Below are positions 1 to 12,362 of a DNA stretch of 64,000 nt, piece by piece. Below the pieces are notes generated by a model, which was not told where the DNA came from, made no database searches, and saw only the letters and a program-made list of their open reading frames with translations. A program made the translations under genes and the position numbers. The stretch comes from the human T2T-CHM13v2.0 reference genome, Homo sapiens. The DNA is taken from assembly GCF_009914755.1 (NCBI RefSeq), contig NC_060939.1; one strand, 5' to 3'. Every line of letters starts with the position of its first letter. The first letter of the stretch is position 1.

Positions 1-37
1 CCCTGTCTGTCTGTCTCTCTCTCTCTCTCCCCCTGTC

Positions 38-82
<45 letters not shown>

Positions 83-355
83 TTGTCTTTCTTTCTGTCT
101 CTGTCTCTCTCTCTCTCTCTGTGTGTCTGTCTTCTGTCTTACTGTCTTTCTCTGCCTGTCTGTCTGTCTGTCTCTCTCTGTCTGTCTCTCTCTCTCTCTC
201 CCCCCTGTCGGCTGTTTCTCTGTCTCTGTCTGTGTCTCTCTTTCTGTCTGTTTCTCTCTGTCTGTCTTTCTCTCTCTGTCTCTTTCTCTCTGTCTCTCTG
301 TCTGTCTCTGTCTCTCTCTCTGTCTCTCTCTCTCTGTGGGGGGGTGTGTGTGTGT

Positions 356-392
<37 letters not shown>

Positions 393-643
393 TGCCTTCT
401 GTCTTACTCTCTTTCTCTGCCTGTCTGTCTGCCTGTCTGTTTGTCTCTCTCTCTCTGCCTGTCTCTCTCCCTTCCTGTCTGTTTCTCTCTCTTTCTGTTT
501 CTCTCTGTCTCTGTCCATCTCTGTCTTTCTCCGTCTGTCTCTTTATCTGTCTCTCTCCGTCTGTCTCTTTATCTGTCTCTCTCTCTCTTTCTGTCTTTCT
601 CTCTCTGTGTATCGTTGTCTCTCTCTGTCTGTCTCTGTCTCTG

Positions 644-676
<33 letters not shown>

Positions 677-720
677 GTCTGTCTGTCCGTCTGTCTGTCT
701 CGGTCTCTGGCTCTCGCTAT
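1..720. repeat. CT/CTGT polypyrimidine tract of distal IGS with embedded (GT)n (end of the block seen whole at 44380-45649)
   Basis: (CT)n/(CTGT)n on + strand; (TG)n at ~345-391. Confidence 0.95.
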
Positions 721-2019
721 CTCCCGCCCTCTCTTTTTTTGCAAAAGAAGCTCAAGTACATCTAATCTAATCCCTTACCAAGGCCTGAATTCTTCACTTC
801 TGACATCCCAGATTTGATCTCCCTACAGAATGCTGTACAGAACTGGCGAGTTGATTTCTGGACTTGGATACCTCATAGAAACTACATATGAATAAAGATC
901 CAATCCTAAAATCTGGGGTGGCTTCTCCCTCGACTGTCTCGAAAAATCGTACCTCTGTTCCCCTAGGATGCCGGAAGAGTTTTCTCAATGTGCATCTGCC
1001 CGTGTCCTAAGTGATCTGTGACCGAGCCCTGTCCGTCCTGTCTCAAATATGTACGTGCAAACACTTCTCTCCATTTCCACAACTACCCACGGCCCCTTGT
1101 GGAACCACTGGCTCTTTGAAAAAAATCCCAGAAGTGGTTTTGGCTTTTTGGCTAGGAGGCCTAAGCCTGCTGAGAACTTTCCTGCCCAGGATCCTGTGTG
1201 ACCAAAAGTGCCTCTGCTGGGAGCTGGGATCCTCGGGACCATGCTTGCTAGCGCTGGATGAGTCTCTGGAAGGACGCACGGGACTCCGCAAAGCTGACCT
1301 GTCCCACCGAGGTCAAATGGATACCTCTGCATTGGCCCGAGGCCTCCGAAGTACATCACCGTCACCAACCGTCACCGTCAGCATCCTTGTGAGCCTGCCC
1401 AAGGCCCCGCCTCCGGGGAGACTCTTGGGAGCCCGGCCTTCGTCGGCTAAAGTCCAAAGGGATGGTGACTTCCACCCACAAGGTCCCCACTGAACGGCGA
1501 AGATGTGGAGCGTAGGTCAGAGAGGGGACCAGGAGGGGAGACGTCCCGACAGGCGACGAGTTCCCAAGGCTCTGGCCACCCCACCCACGCCCCACGCCCC
1601 ACGTCCCGGGCACCCGCGGGACACCGCCGCTTTATCCCCTCCTCTGTCCACAGCCGGCCCCACCCCACCACGCAACCCACGCACACACGCTGGAGGTTCC
1701 AAAACCACACGGTGTGACTAGAGCCTGACGGAGCGAGAGCCCATTTCACGAGGTGGGAGGGGTGGGGGTGGGGTGGGTTGGGGGTTGTGGGGTCTGTGGC
1801 GAGCCCGATTCTCCCTCTTGGGTGGCTACAGGCTAGAAATGAATATCGCTTCTTGGGCGGAGGGGCTTCCTTAGGCCATCACCGCTTGCGGGACTACCTC
1901 TCAAACCCTCCCTTGAGGCCACAAAATAGATTCCACCCCACCCATCGACGTTTCCCCCGGGTGCTGGATGTATCCTGTCAAGAGACCTGAGCCTGACACC
2001 GTCGAATTAAACACCTTGA

Positions 2020-2227
<208 letters not shown>

Positions 2228-2299
2228 TCTTTCATTGGTTTTCACTGGAGATTCTAGATTCGAGCCACACCTCATTCCGTGCCACAGAGAGACTTCTTT

Positions 2300-5200
2300 T
2301 TTTTTTTTTTTTTAAGCGCAACGCAACATGTCTGCCTTATTTGAGTGGCTTCCTATATCATTATAATTGTGTTATAGATGAAGAAACGGTATTAAACACT
2401 GTGCTAATGATAGTGAAAGTGAAGACAAAAGAAAGGCTATCTATTTTGTGGTTAGAATAAAGTTGCTCAGTATTTAGAGCTACCTAAATACGTCAGCATT
2501 TACACTCTTCCTAGTAAAAGCTGGCCAATCTGAATAATCCTCCTTTAAACAAACACAATTTTTGATAGGGTTAAGATTTTTTTAAGAATGCGACTCCTGC
2601 AAAATAGCTGAACAGACGATACACATTTAAAAAAATAACAACACAAGGATCAACCAGACTTGGGAAAAAATCGAAAACCACACAAGTCTTATGAAGAACT
2701 GAGTTCTTAAAATAGGACGGAGAACGTAGCTATCGGAAGAGAAGGCAGTATTGGCAAGTTGATTGTTACGTTGGTCAGCAGTAGCTGGCACTATCTTTTT
2801 GGCCATCTTTCGGGCAATGTAACTACTACAGCAAAATGAGATATGATCCATGAAACAACATATTCGCAAATCAAAAAGTGTTTCAGTAATATAATGCTTC
2901 AGATTTAGAAGCAAATCAAATGATAGAACTCCACTGCTGTAATAAGTCACCCCAAAGATCACCGTATCTGACAAAATAACTACCACAGGGTTATGACTTC
3001 AGAATCATACTTTCTCTTGATATTTACTTATGTATGTATTTATTTTTTTTAATTTATTTCTCTTGAGACGGCGTCTCGCTCTGTCGCCCAGGCTGGAGTG
3101 CGATGGTGTGATCTCGGCTCACTGCAACCGCCACCTCCCTGGGTTCAAGCGATTCTCCTGCCTCAGCCTCCCGAGTAGCTGGGACTACAGGTGCCCGCCA
3201 CCACGCCCAGCTAATCTTTATACTTTTAATAGAGACGGGGTTTCACCGTGTCGGCCCGGATGGTCTCGATCTCTTGACCTCGTGACCCGCCCGCCTCGGC
3301 CTCCCAAAGTGCTGGGATGACAGGCGTGAGCCACTGAGCCCGGCCTTCTCTTGACGTTTAAACTATGAAGTCAGTCCAGAGAAACGCAATAAATGTCAAC
3401 GGTGAGGATGGTGTTGAGGCAGAAGTAGGACCACACTTTTTCCTATCTTATTCAGTTGATAACAATATGACCTAGGTAGTAATTTCCTATGTGCCTACTT
3501 ATACACGAGTACAAAAGAGTAAAACAGAGAGACTGCTAAATTAAAGGGTACGTGAAGTTCTTCATAGTAACTCCGTAAACTGGAACACTGTCAAAAAGCA
3601 GCAGCTAGTGAATTGTTTCCATGTATTTTTCTATTATCCAATAAGTGAACTATGCTATTCCTTTCCAGTCTCCCAAGCACTTCTTGTCCCCATCACCACT
3701 TCGGTGCTCGAAGAAAAAGTAACAAATCAAGGAACACAACTAAAGAAACACACACACAAACCAAAGACAACTACAGCGTCTGCAAAAGTTTGCTAGAAGA
3801 CTGAAACTGTTGAGTATAAGGATCTGGTATTCTACGATGATCATGAGTTCACTTCAGAGTTTGTTCAAGACATACGTTTCGTAAGGAAACATCTTAGTTA
3901 GAAGTTATTCAGCAGTAGGTACCATCCCTAAGTATTTTTCACCAAATTCGTGACAATAAAGAGCTATCTAACCAGAAAAATTAGCGAGTACCGGCACCAT
4001 CCATAGGGCTTTGTCTTTACGCTTCATTAGCACTTACCATGCCTTACAATGTCTAGGATTGACCCTGATAGCATTTCGAAAACAAGCTAATGCTTTGTCC
4101 AGTTCTTCAGTGAAGACAAGCTCACGCCCTAATGCGCTATAGGCATAAGCATCATTTGGATCCACTTCGAGAGTTCTCTGGAAGAATTGAATCGCAATAT
4201 CGTGTTCCCGTTGCAGACCGAAACAGTTCCCTGCAGCACACCAGGCCTCTGGCTGGCGAATTTTTATCCATGTCTGTGAAGTCTTTGGACAGAACTGAAA
4301 GAGCAACCTCTTTCGGAGGATGCCAAAGTGTTGTAGAGTAGATCTCCATGCCTTCGACTCTGTAATTCTCAATCCTCCTAACCTCTGAGAATTGTCTTTC
4401 AGCTTGCGTGGACTCTGAAAGTTTACAATAGGCCCTTCCGATTTGGCACAGTACCCAACCGGTATTGCAGTGGTGAGAAGCTAGATGGCTCAAGATGCTG
4501 ATAGCTTCTTTGCCGTGGTAAGAACACAAAGCTAAATAACCTTTCCCCCTTTCACGAAGAAGGCTCATCAAGCCTTCCGCTGCTGCTTTTTGTAGATTAA
4601 AAGCCTGAATCTGAGGCGCGATTGCGGCTATTTTCCCTTCTGAAATGACGGAAGAGTCCAATTTTGTCACTTCCAGGCTATCACTTATGTTCGGTGGAGT
4701 TATTGCTCCTTTATTAGTTTTACTTTTGGTTCTTCTGTTTGGGATTTTAGGTGGAAACTTCATTTTTAATTTTCTCCTATTCTCCTCGGTTGTGGAGCTG
4801 TCACTAGTCAAGAGTCGTGAATTTCTTCGAGGCGGTGCATTTGGGGGAGATGCCATAGTGGGGCTCAATACCTGAGGTGTTGCCCTTGTCGGCGGACCAG
4901 AACTTTGTGTTTTTGCAAGGACTGGAGTTACCTTTCGGCTCTTTCCCCTCTGCGAGAAGACAGACGGTGTTCCGGTTTGGCCGATTCTGGCAACAGGCTT
5001 TTTTGAAGGGGCTCCGGTGGATGGCACGTCAATGACAGACGGTGTCTCATACCAGTGCAGTTTTGTCAATAGGGTCCGTCTCCGGGACTTGGGGTTTCTA
5101 ATGGCAAAATGCCAACACTTGGGGTTAATGGACTAACAGCTGCTGGTCCTCCTAATAAACTTCGACCAGTTTTTGGTTTATGTTGAACCTGTTTAGATCA

Positions 5201-6094
5201 TATGGAAGTTCCTGTTCCCAGTGGGACAGTATCAGGTGAAAGGACAGCTGAATCGATAGAAGACACTGGGGAGTCTGTATTCAAGGAGTACTTTGAATTG
5301 GAAGATTCTAAATTCCATCCGTTTCATTCGACGGTGTCCTGGGGTGTTTCCGTAAGAACGGTCTCGGGCTGTCTGTGACATAAACTAGGACGAGGTCCAA
5401 GTGTTGTGGCGCAACACTTGGACAGGCAGTTGCTAAAGCTCTCTAGAGAGGTGAATCAAAATGTTTGGTCAGGATCTGGCTTTTCCCCCCTATTTCACAT
5501 CATGATTCAAAGGGACACCAGAGGAAAGGATTTCAACGAAGGCTCTTTTGGTCACATTCTGATCCTTTGGTAAGCCGATCTGTCTTGCAATATACATGTC
5601 CCGACGATGGAAGGGGAAAGCGAGCTGAATCACCAAACTCAGGAACGATAATATCATCGTGGCTTTTCTGCTTATGAAACACTCCACCCGATAAGATTTG
5701 ATCCCCTTCTGCAAGCTTGCTGAGATCAACACAACATTTCGCAAGCAGGCATTTGCATTGCGGGGTAGTACAACTGTGTCCTTTCAAGAGTCTATATGTT
5801 TTATAGGCCTTTCCTGAGCGGTAAGAACAGGTCGCCAGTAAGAACAAGGCTTCTTCTGAGTGTACTTCTGCATAAAGGCGTTCTGCGGGGGAAACCGCAT
5901 CTCGGTAGGCATAGTGGTTTAGTGCTTGCCATATAGCAGCCTGGACGGGTCCCTGCAGCACCGCCATCCTCGAGGCTCAGGCCCACTTTCTGCAGTGCCA
6001 CAGGCACCCCCCCCCCCATAGCGGCTCCGGCCCGGCCAGCCCCGGCTCATTTAAAGGCACCAGCCGCCGTTACCGGGGGATGGGGGAGTCCGAG
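2300..6094 (-). pseudogene. CDC27P: CDC27 (APC3) retro-pseudogene: 5'UTR, spliced coding part (5967-4038, disrupted), putative intron-derived 3' segment, poly(A)
   Basis: ORF pieces MAVLQGPVQAAIWQALNHYAYRDAV..., ...QIQAFNLQKAAAEGLMSLLRE..., ...EELDKALACFRNAIRVNPRH..AW match CDC27; stop at 5533 and frameshifts; 16-bp TSD at 2284-2299 and 6095-6110; a CDC27 pseudogene is a known feature of the hominoid rDNA IGS. Confidence 0.95.
3027..3345 (-). mobile_element. Full-length Alu inside the CDC27 retrocopy 3' segment
   Basis: Alu consensus on minus strand; TSD-like ttctcttgatattta (3012-3026) / ttctcttgacgttta (3346-3360). Confidence 0.92.
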
Positions 6095-6619
6095 ACAGAA
6101 TGACTTCTTTATCCTGCTGACTCTGGAAAGCCCGGCGCCTTGTGATCCATTGCAAACCGAGAGTCACCTCGTGTTTAGAACACGGATCCACTCCCAAGTT
6201 CAGTGGGGGGATGTGAGGGGTGTGGCAGGTAGGACGAAGGACTCTCTTCCTTCTGATTCGGTCTGCACAGTGGGGCCTAGGGCTGGAGCTCTCTCCGTGC
6301 GGACCGCTGACTCCCTCTACCTTGGGTTCCCTCGGCCCCACCCTGGAACGCCGGGCCTTGGCAGATTCTGGCCCTTCCTGGCCCTTCAGTCGCTGTCAGA
6401 AACCCCATCTCATGCTCGGATGCCCCGAGTGACTGTGGCTCGCACCTCTCCGGAAACATTGGAAATCTCTCCTCTACGCGCGGCCACCTGAAACCACAGG
6501 AGCTCGGGACACACGTGCTTTCGGGAGAGAATGCTGAGAGTCTCTTGCCGACTCTCTCTTGACTTGAGTTCTTCGTGGGTGCGTGGTTAAGACGTAGTGA
6601 GACCAGATGTATTAACTCA

Positions 6620-6787
6620 GGCCGGGTGCTGGTGGCTCACGCCTGTAACCCCAACACTTTGGGAGGCCGAGGCCGTAGGATCCCTCGAGGAATCGCCTAA
6701 CCCTGGGGAGGTTGAGGTTGCAGTGAGTGAGCCATAGTTGTGTCACTGTGCTCCAGTCTGGGCGAAAGACAGAATGAGGCCCTGCCA
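6620..6787 (+). mobile_element. Monomer-length Alu (left-arm 5' end joined to right-arm 3' end), followed by (GGCA)n
   Basis: ggccgggtgctggtggctcacgcctgtaacccc...gaggttgcagtgag...ctgggcgaaagacagaatgag. Confidence 0.8.
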
Positions 6788-6884
6788 CAGGCAGGCAGGC
6801 AGGCAGGCAGGCAGAAAGACAACAGCTGTATTATGTTCTTCTCAGGGTAGGAAGCAAAAATAACAGAATACAGCACTTAATTAA

Positions 6885-7184
<300 letters not shown>

Positions 7185-7189
7185 CTACG

Positions 7190-7582
<393 letters not shown>

Positions 7583-7637
7583 TATTTATCTATTTATTAA
7601 CTTTGAGTCCAGGTTATGAAACCAGTTAGTTTTTGTA

Positions 7638-7765
7638 ATTTTTTTTTTTTTTTTTTTTTTTTGAGACGAGGTTTCACCGTGTTGCCAAGGCTTGGACCGA
7701 GGGATCCACCGGCCCTCGGCCTCCCAAAAGTGCGGGGATGACAGGCGCGAGCCTACCGCGCCCGG
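7638..7765 (-). mobile_element. Alu left monomer
   Basis: T24 then gagacgaggtttcaccgtgttg...ggcctcccaaaagtgcggggatgacaggcgcgagcc. Confidence 0.8.
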
Positions 7766-8308
7766 ACCCCCCCTTTCCCCTTCCCCCGCTTGTCTTCCCG
7801 ACAGACAGTTTCACGGCAGAGCGTTTGGCTGGCGTGCTTAAACTCATTCTAAATAGAAATTTGGGACGTCAGCTTCTGGCCTCACGGACTCTGAGCCGAG
7901 GAGTCCCCTGGTCTGTCTATCACAGGACCGTACACGTAAGGAGGAGAAAAATCGTAACGTTCAAAGTCAGTCATTTTGTGATACAGAAATACACGGATTC
8001 ACCCAAAACACAGAAAGCAGTCTTTTAGAAATGGCCTTAGCCCTGGTGTCCGTGCCAGTGATTCTTTTCGGTTTGGACCTTGACTGAGAGGATTCCCAGT
8101 CGGTCTCTCGTCTCTGGACGGAAGTTCCAGATGATCCGATGGGTGGGGGACTTAGGCTGCGTCCCCCCAGGAGCCCTGGTCGATTAGTTGTGGGGATCGC
8201 CTTGGAGGGCGCGGTGACCCACTGTGCTGTGGGAGCCTCCATCCTTCCCCCCACCCCCTCCCCAGGGGATCCCAATTCATTCCGGGCTGACACGCTCACT
8301 GGCAGGCG

Positions 8309-8335
8309 TCGGGCATCACCTAGCGGTCACTGTTA
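8309..8335 (-). promoter_or_regulatory. Putative CTCF site about 5 kb upstream of TSS
   Basis: Minus strand TGACCGCTAGGTGATGC resembles the CTCF core; position agrees with my recollection of an IGS CTCF site near 38 kb of the reference unit. Confidence 0.55.
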
Positions 8336-8569
8336 CTCTGAAAACGGAGGCCTCACAGAGGAAGGGAGCACCAGGCCGCCTGCGCACAGCCTGGGGCAAC
8401 TGTGTCTTCTCCACCGCCCCCGCCCCCACCTCCAAGTTCCTCCCTCCCTTGTTGCCTAGGAAATCGCCACTTTGACGACCGGGTCTGATTGACCTTTGAT
8501 CAGGCAAAAACGAACAAACAGATAAATAAATAAAATAACACAAAAGTAACTAACTAAATAAAATAAGTC

Positions 8570-8719
8570 AATACAACCCATTACAATACAATAAGATACG
8601 ATACGATAGGATGCGATAGGATACGATAGGATACAATACAATACGATACGATACGATACAATACAATACAATACAATACAATACAATACAATACAATACA
8701 ATACAATACAATACAATAC
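8570..8719. repeat. (AATAC)n/(GATAC)n/(GATAG)n pentanucleotide array
   Basis: Directly visible. Confidence 0.95.
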
Positions 8720-9089
<370 letters not shown>

Positions 9090-9090
9090 T

Positions 9091-9556
<466 letters not shown>

Positions 9557-9828
9557 TTAACTTCATTTTATGTTATTATCATGATTGATGTTTCGAGACG
9601 GAGTCTCGGAGGCCCGCCCTCCCTGGTTGCCCAGACAACCCCGGGAGACAGACCCTGGCTGGGCCCGATTGTTCTTCTCCTTGGTCAGGGGTTTCCTTGT
9701 CTTTCTTCGTGTCTTTAACCCGCGTGGACTCTTCCGCTCGGGTTTGACAGATGGCAGCTCCACTTTAGGCCTTGTTGTTGTTGGGGACTTTCCTGATTCT
9801 CCCCAGATGTAGTGAAAGCAGGTAGATT

Positions 9829-9858
9829 TGCCTTGCCTGGACTTGCCTGGCCTTGCCT
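9829..9858. promoter_or_regulatory. p53-binding RGC (ribosomal gene cluster) element
   Basis: TGCCT TGCCT GGACT TGCCT GGCCT TGCCT; half-sites GGACTTGCCT and GGCCTTGCCT; matches the classic RGC p53 element. Confidence 0.85.
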
Positions 9859-9879
9859 TTTCTTTCTTTCTTTCTTTAT

Positions 9880-10234
9880 TACTTTCTCTTTTTCTTCTTC
9901 TTCTTCTTCTTCTTCTTCTTCTTCTTCTTCTTCTTCTTCTTTTTTTTTTTGAGACAGAGTTTCACTCTTGTTGCCCAGGCTAGAGGGCAATGGTGCGATC
10001 TCGGCTCACCGCACCCTCCGCCTCCCAGGTTCAAGCGATTCTCCTGCCTCAGCCTCCTGATTAGCTGGGATTACAGGCATGGGCCACCGTGCCTGGCTGA
10101 TGTTTGTACTTTTAGTAGAGACGGTGTTTTTCCATGTTGGTCAGGCTGGTCTCCCACTCCCAACCTCAGGTGGTCCGCCTGCCTTAGCCTCCCAAAGTGC
10201 TGGGATGACAGGCGTGAGCCACCGCGCCCAGCCT

Positions 10235-10235
<1 letters not shown>
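9880..10235 (-). mobile_element. Alu with (GAA)16 in its tail
   Basis: (TTC)16 at 9892-9939 then gagacagagtttcactcttgttgcccaggc...gagccaccgcgcccagcc. Confidence 0.92.
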
Positions 10236-10237
<2 letters not shown>

Positions 10238-10285
<48 letters not shown>

Positions 10286-10932
10286 CGCTTGCTTGCTTGC
10301 TTTCGTGCTTTCTTGCTTTCCCGTTTTCTTGCTTTCTTTCTTTCTTTCGTTTCTTTCATGCTTGCTTTCTTGCTTGCTTGCTTGCTTTCGTGCTTTCTTG
10401 CTTTCCTGTTTTCTTTTTCTTTCTTTCTTTCTTTCTTTCTTTTGTTTCTTTCTTGCTTGCTTTCTTGCTTGCTTGCTTGCTTTCGTGCTTTCTTGCTTTC
10501 CTGTTTTCTTTCTTTCTTTCTTTCTTTTGTTTCTTTCTTGCTTGCTTTCTTGCTTGCTTGCTTTCGTGCTTTCTTGTTTTCTCGATTTCTTTCTTTCTTT
10601 TGTTTCTTTCCTGCTTGCTTTCTTGCTTGATTGCTTTCGTGCTTTCTTGCTTTCTTGTTTTCTTTCTTTCTTTTGTTTCTTTCTTTCTTGCTTCCTTGTT
10701 TTCTTGCTTTCTTGCTTGCTTGCTTTCGTGCTTTCTTGTTTTCTTGCTTTCTTTCTTTTGTTTCTTTCTTGCTTGCTTTCTTGCTTCCTTGTTTTCTTGC
10801 TTTCTTGCTTGCTTGCTTTCGTGCTTTCTTTCTTGCTTTCTTTTCTTTCTTTCTTTTCTTTTTCTTTCTTTCTTGCTTTCTTTTCTTTCATTCATTCATT
10901 CTTTCTTTCTTTCCTTTCTTTCTTTCTTTCTT

Positions 10933-10979
<47 letters not shown>

Positions 10980-10980
10980 G
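10238..10980. repeat. (CT)n plus ~73-95-bp CTTG/CTTT higher-order repeats plus (CTTT)n
   Basis: Anchor gctttcgtgctttc at 10299, 10384, 10479, 10560, 10633, 10722, 10815. Confidence 0.9.
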
Positions 10981-10987
10981 TTTCGTC

Positions 10988-11282
<295 letters not shown>

Positions 11283-11589
11283 TGTTGACTCATTTCGCTT
11301 TTTTATTTCTTTCGTTTCCACGCGTTTACTTATATGTATTAATGTAAACGTTTCTGTACGCTTATATGCAAACAACGACAACGTGTATCTCTGCGTTGAA
11401 TACTCTTGCGTATGGTAAATACGTATCGGTTGTATGGAAATAGACTTCTGTATGATAGATGTAGGTGTTTGTGTTATACAAATAAATACACATCGCTCTA
11501 TAAAGAAGGGATCGTCGATAAAGACGTTTATTTTACGTATGAAAAGCGTCGTATTTATGTGTGTAAATGAACGAGCGTACGTAGTTATC

Positions 11590-12140
11590 TCTGTTTTCTT
11601 TCTTCCTCTCCTTCGTGTTTTTCTTCCTTCCTTTCTTCCTTTCTCTCCTTCTTTAGGTTTTTCTTCCTCTCTTCCTTTCCTTCTTTCTCTCTTTCTGTCC
11701 TTTTTTCCTTCGTGCTTTATTTCTCTTTCGTTCCCTGTGTTTCCTTCTTTTTTCTTTCCTCTCTGTTTCTTTTTCCCTTCTTTCCTTCGTTTCTTTCCTC
11801 ATTCTTTCTCTCTTTTTCGTGTTTCTTTCCTTTCCGTCTGTCTTTTAAAAAATGGAGTGTTTCAGAAGTTTACTTTGTGTATCTACGTTTTCTAAATTGT
11901 CTCTCTTTTCTCCATTTTCTTCCTCCCTCCCTCCCTCCCTCCCTCCCTGCTCCCTTCCCTCCCTCCTTCCCTTTCGCCATCTGTCTCTTTTCCCCACTCC
12001 CCTCCCCCCGTCTGTCTCTGCGTGGATTCCGGAAGAGCCTACGCATTCTGCCTCTCCGTGTGTCTGCAGCGACCCGCGACCGAGTCCTTGTGTGTTCTTT
12101 CTCCCTCCCTCCCTCCCTCCCTCCCTCCCTCCCTCCCTGC
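11590..12140. repeat. Pyrimidine-rich low-complexity tract with (CCCT)n
   Basis: Directly visible. Confidence 0.85.
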
Positions 12141-12362
12141 TTCCGAGAGGCATCTCCAAACACCCACGCGCCGTGGGTTGTCTTCTGACTCTGTCGCGGT
12201 CGAGGCAGAGACGCGTTTTGGGCACCGTTTGTGTGGGGTTGGGGCAGAGGGGCTGCGTTTTCGGCCTCGGGAAGAGCTTCTCGACTCACGGTTTCGCTTT
12301 CGCGGTCCACGGGCCGCCCTGCCAGCCGGATCTGTCTCGCTGACGTCCGCGGCGGTTGTCGG

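Noticed and set aside
2627-2986. 119-aa ORF with a hydrophobic C-terminus
   Set aside because: No recognisable homology; lies in the putative intron-derived segment of the retrocopy.
4152-5069. 305-aa CDC27-like ORF as a functional CDS
   Set aside because: Internal fragment bounded by frameshifts, with the upstream frame stopped at 5533; pseudogene.
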